Part shown: positions 32,768-49,636 of the stretch, one piece after another
Position numbering within the stretch: the stretch's first letter is position 1
Layout: each line of letters begins with the position of its first letter
DNA from: Eledone cirrhosa
Lineage: Eukaryota
Reading direction: 5' to 3'
Assembly: GCA_964016885.1 (NCBI GenBank)
Contig: OZ024742.1
Span: forward strand, 45,570,001-45,634,000
DNA: 64,000 nt
Notes under the pieces: generated by a model
Databases searched by the model: none
Seen by the model: the letters and a program-made list of their open reading frames with translations, nothing else
What the model was told of the DNA's origin: nothing
Made by a program: the position numbers and the translations under genes

Positions 32768-32978
32768 AGGACGGGGTGTATTTTGTTAGAGATGCCTACT
32801 GGCAAGGCGGGTCTTCTCTGTTACTGAGTACCGCCAAAGGTCTCGGTCCAGTGACATTGTCTTGGAGAGGTGTAAGTGTGTGAGGTCGGAGTTTATCAGC
32901 TCATCCCAGGTTTTTCTAGGTCTGCCTATTCCGTGGCTACCATCTATCTTTATTGCCCTGCACTTTGTTATACAGCTA
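32768..32978 (-). mobile_element. RTE family B fragment duplicating about 31597-31807
   Basis: Near-identical and shares the same small deletion (cctactgg|caaggcggg). Confidence 0.85.
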
Positions 32979-34811
32979 TATGCATTTAAAAAAAGAAATG
33001 AAAAAGTCGTTTTCAAACGATGGTTACAGTATAGAGAACGTTCAATTTTGCTGTTCAAAAGTTTGTTTACCGACGTTAAAATGCAGTATATCTCTAAATT
33101 GCATAACTTGCAGAATCGATGATTTTGCTGATATGCAGGCGCAGCTGCAATAATTTGCCAATCAAGGGAGAACGCTTGATTGTTCTTCCGAAGCTGCCAG
33201 GCTTTATCGGCGAGGGTTGTTACGGAGCGCATTTTCTCGTGCCTGATCGAAGATCGATGTTGGTATAGGCGAGCCTTGAAAGAAGTTGCGGTATCATCAT
33301 TCCGACGTAATACCATTTGTGGTCCCGGAATTTATTGTACACCGGTAGACAATATTGCGTGCTAGGCACTGGTTATTCAGTGGGCACGTACCTGGTTTGG
33401 TGCAGTTACAACTATTTTTATGTTTTGCAGTAGAATCCTGGATAGTTTGGTGGGGTTGTGGTTGCGTGTTAGTGCGTTGCATGTTGCTATGCTGGTGCGC
33501 TGAGTCATTAGGGATGTACTTATTCAGTATTGCTGAGTTGAGTTTTCTAATTAGTTGTTCTATGTTAGGTGTAGTGGAGTATGATAGTCTAATGGTGCGC
33601 GAGTTTAAAGATTTTATAGTATTTTATGTGAAGTTGTAAAGTGTTTATTGATTAGTGTATAGAATTGTGAGATAATCTTAGTGCTAATAGAAGAATTGTA
33701 CACGGGGTTATACCATATGTACTCTCTACGTCTGACTCTATTTGCTGGTTTGCACCTGTTAGTATGCCTATTGATGTGTGTGTGTGGTGCAATACTAGTT
33801 CGACTTAGATGTGTTTTATTCATAGTACTTATGTGGTTATCGTCTAGATATTCAATTTTCTCGCAGTAACCAGCTTTTCTAAGTGCGTCATTATAATATT
33901 CAGCATGCTCGTTGAAGGTCTGCAAATTAGACGACAGTCGGGAGATCCTTATGGATATATTTTTAGGGATAGATTTAATAATGGAATGAGGATGGTTCGA
34001 TTTTACATTAACGTACTTAAGATTTTCATTAAGTTTGTGAAATGGCTCTATATTACCGTTATTAAGGTTGAAGGTAACATCCAAGAAGTTGACCACCTTA
34101 AGATTGTGTTCAAAGGTAATATTAAGCCCTAGTTCTAAGAAAAGTTTCCTAATGTTTTTACGTCGCCTTTCTAGGTTTTGTTTGTTCATATTCTTGACTA
34201 ATAGAAGTGTATCGTCGCGGTATATTCCGCCGTGGAGGTCCGTAAATTCGCTCTGGAGTCTATGGGCTATATAGATCCCAACCAAATCCGTGACCTCCGC
34301 CGAATCATTAGAACCCATCGTAATGTCGAATTCCGAGGGTCTATCCCTGCGGACCCAATAACTATTTTCAAAGTGCACTACTGTGCGTCTAGCTTCAAGT
34401 ATAATATTAATTTCCTCGTTTGTGAGGTCCGAGTTAGTCTTAGCGAAAGAGAGGGCCTTATGCAGGGTTTTGGGTGAAATAGAGGAATAGTATTCATCTA
34501 TATCGAATTGAATAAAAGAAGATTTATTTTTGTCCCTAATGTTATTGAACCATCTTATTGCCTGATGAGTATTACCCCATAATTTAATATCTACCTTAGC
34601 CTTAACTTGGGGGATAATACGATCTAATATGTACTTACTAATCTTACCTATATCGGACTTTGAAGGACATATTAATCTAATTTTAGGGTTAGTATCGAAG
34701 TTATCCTTATGGTCCTTCAGATTAAAAGTCGGTGTAGCTGGGGATAGGGGTACCGTTCTGTCGTCAATTTTCAGTTTCCTAACAATATCACATGCTGCGT
34801 TATTAATGTTG
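32979..34811 (-). mobile_element. Penelope-like element with RT and C-terminal GIY-YIG endonuclease, frameshifted and 5'-truncated (possibly Nematis-like)
   Basis: KDHK...[50 protein letters not shown]; linker CNCTKPGTCPLNNQC; IVYRC...YYVG, FKARLYQH, CKLCNLE, CNHR. Confidence 0.9.
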
Positions 34812-37605
<2,794 letters not shown>

Positions 37606-37607
37606 GT

Positions 37608-37954
37608 GGAGGCACATGGCTTAGTGGTTAGAGCATTGGCCTTGCAATCGAAAGGTTGTGAGTTCAATTCTCAGACCGGGTGATGTGTTGTTTCCTTGAG
37701 CAAGACACTTTATTTCACATTGCTCCAGTTTACTCAGCTGTAGAAATGAGATGATAGGGACTGGGGTCCCTATCATTCATTCCACTGCAAAGTGGTCGTG
37801 GAGGTGCCACGGCAAAAAAGCACCCAGCACTCACTGTAAATGAGGTTGGTGTTAGGAAGGGCATCCAGCTGTAGAAATCAAGCCAAAATCAGTTCCCGTC
37901 CCACCCTTGCAAGCAGGGAAAAGCGGACGTAAAATGAAATGATGATGATGATGA
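37608..37954 (+). mobile_element. Full-length tRNA-headed CORE-like SINE with RTE-related body and tail
   Basis: A box TGGCTTAGTGG, B box GAGTTCAATTC, CORE-like ccttgagcaagacactt...ctcagctgta, 11-bp hairpin 37751-37776, RTE-related body, tail matching 41358-41414. Confidence 0.88.
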
Positions 37955-37985
37955 TATATATATATGTACATATATATATACATAT

Positions 37986-40900
37986 GTATCAGAACTGTCG
38001 GTAATATATGTATATATATATATGTGTTTGTGAGTTGTGTGTGTGATTGTATGCATGAATGAGTGTTGGTATGTGTGGTTGTGGTTTGTATGCATGAGTA
38101 TTAGTGTGTGAGTCGTGTCAATAAGTTTTTTTTTTTTTTTTTTTTTTTTAAATGACCATGCTGTAAAATGGAGGGGTAGAGAGGGCCCTTGAGTCTAGTA
38201 AGACATCCTCTCTAGTGCTGGTGGCACAAATAAAAGCACCCAGTCCATGCTGTAAAGTGGCGCTGGTGTTAGGAAGGGCATCCAACCAGTGTATCAATGC
38301 CAAAAAGCTTATCAGCACAGCAACAAAACAGCATAGATGAAAATATGAAGACGTCGCATCTCAGAGTTGCAACACTTAATGTTGGCACTCTCAGAGGTAG
38401 ATCTGCTGAAATAGCGGAGATGCTGGAGAGAAGGCAGGTGGATGTGTGCTGCGTGCAAGAGGTGAGATGGAGAGGTGCCTCTGCGAGACTAGTCGTAGGC
38501 AAGCGTCTTAGCTATAAGCTATTCTGGGTAGGTAAGGATGATAGGTTAGGGGGAGTAGGCATTTTCCTGGCTGAGAAATGGATCAATAAGACAATAGAGG
38601 TAGTTCGAGTTAGTAATCGAATAATTAAGCTTAGATTAGTTGTAGGTAGGAGACTACTGACAATCATCTCGGTCTATGCTCCCCAAGCAGGCCTAGGCAA
38701 AGATGAGAAAGACTGCTTTTATGAGCAACTTTTGCAAACAACCACAATGACAGAGGACGGAGACATCGTTATGCTAGCAGGAGACTTCAATGGTCATGTT
38801 GGACAGCTCCAGGATGGTTACACTTACGGTTCAAGAAATGAAGAAGGAGTGAGACTTCTTGAATTTTGTGATGCAAGTACATTGACTATTTGCAACACAA
38901 ACTTCCAGAAACCTGCCAATCACCTAATAACCTACAAATCTGGTGAGCACATAAGCCAGATTGACTTCCTGCTAGTTAGGCAGCGGGACAGGCAGATAGT
39001 GTCTAATACCAAGGCATACCCTGGGGAAGAATGTACCCCACAGCATAGGTTAGTTGTTAGTGATATCTCAGTAAGCAAGAGATGGAATGAGCCATATAGG
39101 AAGGTGTGGAGAAGAAAGGTCTGGAAGCTAAAAGACCTTTCACTAAAATTCAAATTTAGGAAAGCCCTTCAAGATGTATATGACGAAAAAGAAGACGATT
39201 TAGAGACGTATGACATAGATAATAACTGGAAGTTCTTACGTGACAACTTGCTGAAGGCTACTGATGAAACTTGTGGCTGGAGCAGAGCCCCAACCAGACA
39301 GAGAGTGACCTGGTGGTGGAACAGCAGTGTAGATAAGGCTATTAGAGACAAAAGACTAGCATGGAAGGCTTGGAATAAGGGTGGGAGTAGGGAAGAATAT
39401 ACAGCCACTAAGAGAGAAGCTAGACGTCAGGTGTACTTAGCACGCAGGGAGGCAGAGAGTAGGAGGTTTGCCAATGTTCTGCGACGGGAAGATCAGAGGC
39501 GTGCGGTGTTCCACATTGCAAGGCAGTGTGTCAATGCAAATCAGGATGTTGTTGGTGATAAATGTGTCCGGGATGATGCCGGTGTACTTAGTGTCACGAA
39601 TGACCAGAAAAAGGAGGCCTGGAAATGCCATTATGAGAGACTGATGAATGTGGAGAACGAATGGGAGAGAGAGAAATTACCCTTGGTAGATCCGACAGAG
39701 GGACCAGCTATTGAGATTGACGAATATAGGGTCCAAGAGGCGATTAGGGAAATGAAAAATGGTAAGGCGGCCGGACCATCGGGAATAGTTGCTGAGATGC
39801 TGAAGGCATCAGGGGACGTAGGCACTAAACTGGTTGCATGCATAATCAATCAGGCTATATATGGTGGTGTCATACCCAAAGACTGGTGCAGCAGTATTCT
39901 CATAAATTGCTACAAAGGTAAAGGGGATGCTTTGGAGAGGAGCAATTATAGGGGTATAAAACTGATAGATCAGGTTATGAAAGTGGCAGAAAGGATTTTA
40001 GCACAACTAATTAGAGAAAGGGTCAAACTAGATGAGATGCAGTTTGGTTTTGTGCCTGGGAAGAGTACAACAGATGCCCTCTTCTTGGTGAGACAAATGC
40101 AAGAGAGGTTCTTAGAGAAGAATAAGCCACTATACTTGGCCTTTGTTGACCTAGAGAAGGCCTTTGATAGGGTACCCCGATCTGTCATCTGGTGGTCCCT
40201 AAGGAAGCTGGGTGTTGAGGAATGGCTTGTAAGGACAGTGCAAACTTTGTACAGAGGTACTCTCAGTAAAGTCAGGGTAGGAATGGAGTTTAGTGAGGAA
40301 TTCCAGATACAAGTAGGAGTACATCAGGGTTCGGTCCTCAGCCCGCTCTTGTTCATTATAGTCCTCCAAGCCATAACAGAGGAGTTTAAGACTGGCTGTC
40401 CATGGGAACTTCTCTATGCTGACGATCTGGCTCTTATGGCAGAATCAGTAGAGGAGCTAGAGAATAAATTCCGGCTATGGAAACAGCAGTTGGAAGCAAG
40501 AGGACTGAGAGTAAATCTAGCTAAGACAAAAGTGTTGATGAGTAGAAAAGAGGACAAAACCCTGATTCCGTCAGGGAAATGGCCATGTTCGATATGCAGA
40601 AAAGGAACTGGCATAAATTCTATAAAATGCACACAATGTAGGTCCTGGGTACACAAGAGATGTAGCGGGATAGCAGGCAAACTAACAGGTAGGGAGAAAT
40701 ATGTATGCAGTAGATGTACAGGGAAATTAGACAGTAGAAGTCGCACTGATAGACACATTTTTCAAATGCGAGAGGGCGCTATAGAAGTGGTGGATAGCTT
40801 CCGGTACCTAGGAGATCAGATTAGCATGGGAGGAGGGTGTTCCGAGGCCATAGTATCTAGAATAAGGACGGGTTGGAAGAAGTTTAGGGAGCTGCTTCCT

Positions 40901-41414
40901 CTGTTGACGAAGAAGGGTTTCTCCCTGCGTACGAAAGGCCGGTTGTATGATGCCTGTGTGAGGAGCGCGATGCTGCATGGTAGTGAGACATGGGCAGCTA
41001 CCGCAGAAGATATGCGACGGCTGGAGAGAAATGAGGCAAGCATGCTCCGTTGGATGTGCAGTGTAAATGTGCGTGAACGACCCAGCATAAATGTGTTGAG
41101 AGAGAAACTGTGTCTGAGAGGGATAGAATGTAGTGTACGGGAGAGGAGACTGAGGTGGTATGGACATGTGATGCGCATGGAGGATGACCGATGGGTGAAG
41201 AAGTGCCAGGAAATGCCAGTTGAAGGAAGACGTAGTAGAGGTAGACCACGAAAAACATGGGCGGAGGTGGTGAGAACAGACCTCAGATCATTGAAGCTCA
41301 CGGTGGAGATGACGAGGGACCGTGACGAGTGGAGAGATGCTGTGCTGAATAAGACCGGTCCCACCCTTGCAAGCAGGGAAAAGCGGACGTAAAATGATGA
41401 TGATGATGATGATG
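37986..41414 (+). mobile_element. Full-length intact RTE LINE (family C) with 26-bp candidate TSD
   Basis: atatatgtacatatatatatacatat at 37960-37985 and 41415-41440; single open ORF; (TGA)n tail. Confidence 0.9.
38297..41392 (+). CDS. RTE polyprotein, 1031 aa: APE endonuclease + RT + PHD-like C4HC3 finger
   Basis: TLNVGTL, VQEVRW, YAPQ, GDFNGH, IDF, QH; [20 protein letters not shown]; CSIC-CTQC-H-C-CSRC; [14 protein letters not shown]. Confidence 0.95.
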   Translation: MPKSLSAQQQNSIDENMKTSHLRVATLNVGTLRGRSAEIAEMLERRQVDVCCVQEVRWRGASARLVVGKRLSYKLFWVGKDDRLGGVGIFLAEKWINKTIEVVRVSNRIIKLRLVVGRRLLTIISVYAPQAGLGKDEKDCFYEQLLQTTTMTEDGDIVMLAGDFNGHVGQLQDGYTYGSRNEEGVRLLEFCDASTLTICNTNFQKPANHLITYKSGEHISQIDFLLVRQRDRQIVSNTKAYPGEECTPQHRLVVSDISVSKRWNEPYRKVWRRKVWKLKDLSLKFKFRKALQDVYDEKEDDLETYDIDNNWKFLRDNLLKATDETCGWSRAPTRQRVTWWWNSSVDKAIRDKRLAWKAWNKGGSREEYTATKREARRQVYLARREAESRRFANVLRREDQRRAVFHIARQCVNANQDVVGDKCVRDDAGVLSVTNDQKKEAWKCHYERLMNVENEWEREKLPLVDPTEGPAIEIDEYRVQEAIREMKNGKAAGPSGIVAEMLKASGDVGTKLVACIINQAIYGGVIPKDWCSSILINCYKGKGDALERSNYRGIKLIDQVMKVAERILAQLIRERVKLDEMQFGFVPGKSTTDALFLVRQMQERFLEKNKPLYLAFVDLEKAFDRVPRSVIWWSLRKLGVEEWLVRTVQTLYRGTLSKVRVGMEFSEEFQIQVGVHQGSVLSPLLFIIVLQAITEEFKTGCPWELLYADDLALMAESVEELENKFRLWKQQLEARGLRVNLAKTKVLMSRKEDKTLIPSGKWPCSICRKGTGINSIKCTQCRSWVHKRCSGIAGKLTGREKYVCSRCTGKLDSRSRTDRHIFQMREGAIEVVDSFRYLGDQISMGGGCSEAIVSRIRTGWKKFRELLPLLTKKGFSLRTKGRLYDACVRSAMLHGSETWAATAEDMRRLERNEASMLRWMCSVNVRERPSINVLREKLCLRGIECSVRERRLRWYGHVMRMEDDRWVKKCQEMPVEGRRSRGRPRKTWAEVVRTDLRSLKLTVEMTRDRDEWRDAVLNKTGPTLASREKRT

Positions 41415-41443
41415 ATATATGTACATATATATATACATATATA

Positions 41444-42157
41444 TCATCATCATCATCATCATCACCGTTTTACGTCCGTTCTTCCACGCTAGCATGGGTT
41501 AGACGGGTTGTCCTGTTGTGGGCAGTGTCTGGTCGGCTGACCATGCCTTGCTCATACAGGAACTGATCTGGCTTGATTTCTACAGCTGGATGCCCTTCCT
41601 AACACCAACCTCATTTACAGTGAGTGCTGGGTGCTTTTTCGTGGCGCCTACACGTCCACTTTACAGTGTGGGCTGGGTGCTTTTTTGCCGTGGCACCTCC
41701 ACGACCACCTTGCGGTGGGGGGGGGGGGGGGCATATTGTTTATATGCTTCAGCACGTACCCATGGGAGGTCGGGTACCCTGTATTACTGCGTGACGCCAG
41801 AAGTCACGGTCGTGTGTCATTGACTTTGAGAGGTGTAGTTGGGTAAGGTCGGCTTTTATCACCTCATCCCAAGTCATCTTGGGTCTCCCCACTCCGCGGT
41901 TTCCATCAACTTCTAGTGCTCTGCACCTTTTTATGCAGCTGTCATCCTTCATACGCATCACATGTCCATACCAGCGTAACCGCCTCTCCTGCACGCAGCA
42001 TTTGATTCCTCTTATGCTCAGTCTCTCTCTCAATTCCTTTATGCTTTGTCGTTCACGTATATTACTGTTACACATCCATCGGAGCATGCAGGCTTCGTTT
42101 CTCTCTAATCTACGTAAGTCTTCCACCTTCTCTCTAATCTACGTAAGTCTTCCACCT
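41444..42157 (-). mobile_element. RTE family A, 3' fragment, tail-to-tail with the intact element
   Basis: Reverse complement of approx. 56790-57476; 28-29 bp duplication at the truncated end. Confidence 0.9.
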
Positions 42158-43313
<1,156 letters not shown>

Positions 43314-44576
43314 TCATCATCATCATCATCATCAGCGTTTAACGTCCGTGTTCCACGCTTGCATGGGTTTGGACGGGGGTAGTCCCACTTGAGGCAAGAG
43401 TGATTGTCTTGCTCGCATAGGACTGTCTGGCAGGTTTTCTACAGTTGGATGCCCTTCCTAACACCAACCACATTTACAGTGTGGGTCTGGGAGGTTTTTA
43501 CCGTGTTGCCTACACGGCCACATTACAGCGTGGACTGTGTGTTTTTTTGTCGTGACACCTACACGATCTCATTTGTTTCGGCCTCGATGGCGTGGCACCA
43601 ACATAACTTTACATAGAACGGGGTGGTGTGGATCGGGTGGGGGTGGTGGGACGGGGTGTATTTGTTAGAGATGCCTACTGGCTGGAGTAGGTTTTACTAT
43701 ATATTTAGGTAAGGCGGGTCTTCTCTGTTACTGAGTACCGCCAAAGGTCTCGGTCCAGTGACATTGTCTTGGAGAGGTGTAAGTGTGTGATGTCGGAGTT
43801 TATCAGCTCGTCCCAGGTTTTTCTAGGTCTGCCTATTCCGTGACTACCGTCTATCTTTATTGCCCTGCACTTTGTTATACAGCTATCGACTTTCATGCGC
43901 ATCACGTGTCCATACCAACGTAGCCTTCTCTCGAGTAAACAACATCTGATCCCTCTTATCTCTAATTTATTCCTTAGTTCGTTTATGCTTTGCCGTTCAC
44001 GTATATTACTGTTACACATCCAGCGGAGCATGCAAGCTTCGTTCCTCTCTAGTCTGCGTATATCCTCTGCACACAATGCCCAGGTCTCACTGCCATGCAG
44101 CATTGCTGTTCGTATGCAGGCATCGTACAACCTGCCTTTCATTTTTAGTGAGAACCCTTTAGCAGCTAATAGTGGTATAAGCTCTCTGAACTTTTTCCAA
44201 CCAGTTCTGACTCTAGCTACTGTACTTTCAGAGCACCCTCCCCCACTGCTGATTTTATCGCCCAGGTAACGGAAGCTGTCCACTATTTCTATAGAACCCT
44301 CTGCGCAATTGAAAGAGCTAGTAGTTTGTGGGCACTTGCTGCTACTTATTGCACCAGAGCACCGGCCACATGTAAAATCTATGTTCTTAGTTAGCCTACC
44401 TGTGATCCCACTACATCTTTTATGCACCCATACTTTGCATTTAGGACATAAAATGGAGTTTCTACCTACGCCTTTCCTACACACCGAGCACGACCATTTC
44501 CCAGAAGGGACCGCCGCCTTGTTTTCTTTCCTACAAACTAGTACTTTGGTCTTAGCCAGGTTATATACATATATAC

Positions 44577-44633
<57 letters not shown>

Positions 44634-44870
44634 CATATATATACATATATATATACATATATATATATACATATATATACATATATATATACATATATAT
44701 ATATACATATATATACATATATATATACATATATATATATATACATATATATATACATAAAATGGAGTTTCTACCTACGCCTTTCCTACACACCGAGCAC
44801 GACCATTTCCCAGAAGGGACCGCCGCCTTGTTTTCTTTCCTACAAACTAGTACTTTGGTCTTAGCCAGGT
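43314..44870 (-). mobile_element. RTE family B, 5'-truncated, with tandem duplication of its 5' end plus microsatellite
   Basis: NLAKTKV...RNSILC occurs twice (about 44447-44561 and 44756-44870). Confidence 0.9.
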
Positions 44871-44885
44871 TATATACATATATAC

Positions 44886-44942
<57 letters not shown>

Positions 44943-45123
44943 CATATATATACATATATATATACATATATATATATACATATATATACATATATATATA
45001 CATATATATATATACATATATATACATATATATATACATATATATATATACATATATATATATATACATATATATATATACATATATATATATATACATA
45101 TATATATATACATATATATATAT

Positions 45124-45182
<59 letters not shown>

Positions 45183-45321
45183 CATATATATATATATACA
45201 TATATATATATACATATATATATATGTAGGAGGTGAGTTTTATTGTAGTACAATAAAGCAATGCAGATATCGGATAAGAAGCACTCTACAGTTTGTAGGA
45301 CTGGAGTATACATAATATAAG

Positions 45322-45527
45322 ATTAGTCCTTTGTTCAACACACACATATGTGCGTATATACGTACATACACACACGGGCATGTGTCTCTATATGTTTTTG
45401 TGTATGTATGTGGATGTATATGTACATGGGTGTGTGATTGATGGTGTGTGCCTATATATTCCTACATATGCCCGTGTGTGTATGTACGTATATACTCACA
45501 TATGTGTGTGTTGAACAAAGGACTAAT
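45322..45527. repeat. 60-bp inverted repeat (foldback/MITE-like)
   Basis: 45322-45381 vs 45468-45527, one mismatch seen. Confidence 0.8.
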
Positions 45528-45809
45528 TTTGAGATGGACGTAGAAAAATTCTTCAGAAAAAAATAATTGTTTACAAACTTGGCAGGTGCGATTTGCCTGT
45601 GACCATTCTCAACACAAAAGGAATACTAAAAGCTTTTTTCCCTGAATAAAGGAATTTTTCGAGAATGACCGGGGCAGGCCGCACTTGCTACATTTCTCCC
45701 CACCCAACCCTACTCACCGTCTCTACTGCTATTAACACTTTTTAAACACACCTACACCCATACACTTATTAAAGGGGGAGGAAAAAACCCCCACCACATA
45801 TATATATAT

Positions 45810-45861
<52 letters not shown>

Positions 45862-45863
<2 letters not shown>

Positions 45864-46255
45864 GGTGGCTGCCAACTCGTTTTCGAGTACAGCCACTACT
45901 TTATATCCTTGTAGGAGAACTCCTACCAATGCGCTGAACGAGTGTGACTTTTTAGTCCAGCCAACGACTTAAACTCTGGTACAAACACTACACTTGTGAC
46001 AATTATTGACACATAGTGCTGGGCCCATGGTACCATGTGACGACAAGTGCAGAGAGATCTCCAGATATAAAGCAATGCCTGTGCCGTGAAGCTTTTATAG
46101 TGAGCAAAGGCACTGCACAAAGCCAGTCCCACCCACTCTCTTAACCAAGATGATATTTACCAAAAAGATGACCCCTTAGCCTTTGTCAAGGCAGAATTCT
46201 AGGAGCAGGAAAACTCTGATATAACACCTGCAACTCTGATGGTATCCAATGATGT
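45862..46255 (-). mobile_element. Degenerate 3' end of another LINE with C-terminal C2H2-like finger
   Basis: FKSLAGLKSHTRSAH followed by stop, resembling the terminal finger of BovB-type RTEs. Confidence 0.35.
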
Positions 46256-46284
46256 TGATATATATATATATATACACACATATA

Positions 46285-46571
46285 TCATCATTTCATTTTA
46301 CGTCCACTTTTTCCTGCTTGCAAGGGTGGGACGGGAACTAATGCTGGCTTGATTTCTACAGCTGGATGCCCTTCCTAACACCAACCTCATTTACAGTGAG
46401 TGATGGGTGCTTTTTTGCCGTGGCACCTCCACGACCACTACAGCTGAGTAAACTGGAGCAATGTGAAATAAAGTGTCTTGCTCAAGGAAACAACACATCA
46501 CCCGGTCTGAGAATTGAACTCACAACCTTTCGATTGCAAGGAAAATGCTCTAACCACTAAGCCATGTGCCT
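46285..46571 (-). mobile_element. Second copy of the CORE-like/RTE-tail SINE, lacking the hairpin segment
   Basis: Reverse complement of 37610-37945 with an internal deletion of about 50 bp. Confidence 0.88.
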
Positions 46572-47464
<893 letters not shown>

Positions 47465-48412
47465 TCATCATCATCATTTTACGTCCGCTTTTCCCTGCTT
47501 GCAAGGGTGGGACCGGTCTTATTCAGCACAGCATCTCTCCACTCGTCACGGTCCCTCGTCATCTCCACCGTGAGCTTCAATGATCTGAGGTCTGTTCTCA
47601 CCACCTCCGCCCATGTTTTTCGTGGTCTACCTCTACCACGTCTTCCTTCAACTGGCATTTCCTGGCACTTCTTCACCCATCGGTCATCCTCCATGCGCAT
47701 CACATGTCCATACCACCTCAGTCTCCTCTCCCGTACACTACATTCTATCTCTCTCAGACACAGTTTCTCTCTCAACACATTTATGCTGGGTCGTTCACGC
47801 ACATTTACACTGCACATCCAACGGAGCATGCTTGCCTCATTTCTCTCCAGCCGTCGCATATCTTCTGCGGTTGCTGCCCATGTCTCACTACCATGCAGCA
47901 TCGCGCTCCTCACACAGGCATCATACAACCGGCCTTTCGTACGCAGGGAGAAACCCTTCTTCGTCAACAGAGGAAGCAGCTCCCTAAACTTCTTCCAACC
48001 CGTCCTTATTCTAGATACTATGGCCTCGGAACACCCTCCTCCCATGCTAATCTGATCTCCTAGGTACCGGAAGCTATCCACCACTTCTATAGCGCCCTCT
48101 CGCATTTGAAAAATGTGTCTATCAGTGTAACTTCTACTGTCTAATTTCCCTGTACATCTACTGCATACATATTTCTCCCTACCTGTTAGTTTGCCTGCTA
48201 TCCCGCTACATCTCTTGTGTACCCAGGACCTGCATTGTGTGCATTTTATAGAATTTATGCCAGTTCCTTTTCTGCATATCGAACATGGCCATTTCCCCGA
48301 CGGAATCAGGGTTTTGTCCTCTTTTCTACTCATCAACACTTTTGTCTTAGCTAGATTTACTCTCAGTCCTCTTGCTTCCAACTGCTGTTTCCATAGCCGG
48401 AATTTATTCTCT
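47465..48412 (-). mobile_element. RTE family C, 5'-truncated, near-identical to 40459-41405
   Basis: Translation differs from the intact copy at only a few residues. Confidence 0.92.
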
Positions 48413-48428
48413 TTATATATATATATAT

Positions 48429-48854
<426 letters not shown>

Positions 48855-48952
48855 ATATATATATATATACACACACACATATATATATATATATACACAC
48901 ACACATATATATATATATATACACACACATATATATATATATATATACACAC

Positions 48953-48983
<31 letters not shown>

Positions 48984-49002
48984 TATATATATATATACAC
49001 AC

Positions 49003-49033
<31 letters not shown>

Positions 49034-49046
49034 TATATATATATAT

Positions 49047-49165
<119 letters not shown>

Positions 49166-49191
49166 CACATATATATATATATATATATATA

Positions 49192-49586
49192 TGGCATACG
49201 TCAAAACAGCCGTTCTGAAAAGTGAAACTAATTTTTGACTGATACGTACACTCACTCATGTGAATAGATTTGTGTATATATAGTCCTGTATAAAGTTCGA
49301 GATGACTATAATGCAGACACACGCAATTGTGTGGGTGTGTATATATATGTGTGTATATATATGTGTGTGTGTATGTATATATATATATATGTGTGTTTGT
49401 ATATATATATGTGTGTATATGTGTACATATACACACATATATATGTTGTACATATGTATATACATCTATAAGTTTGTGGATGTGTGTAAAAAAAATCACG
49501 TATTCACAATCCAAATTGAAAATAATGACGTACGTAACTGTCAAAAATTAGTTTCACTTTTGAGACCGGCCGTTTTGACGTATGCT

Positions 49587-49587
<1 letters not shown>
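49192..49587. mobile_element. MITE with about 55-bp TIRs in (TA)n
   Basis: gcatacgtcaaaac.gccg..ct.aaaagtgaaactaatttttgac and its reverse complement at about 49530-49585; TA flanks. Confidence 0.8.

Positions 49588-49636
<49 letters not shown>

Noticed and set aside
37608-37680. tRNA gene
   Set aside because: A/B boxes present but no complete acceptor stem or terminator; it continues into a SINE body.
45582-45688. Imperfect inverted repeat of about 28 bp
   Set aside because: Many mismatches and no TSD; cannot be assigned to an element.
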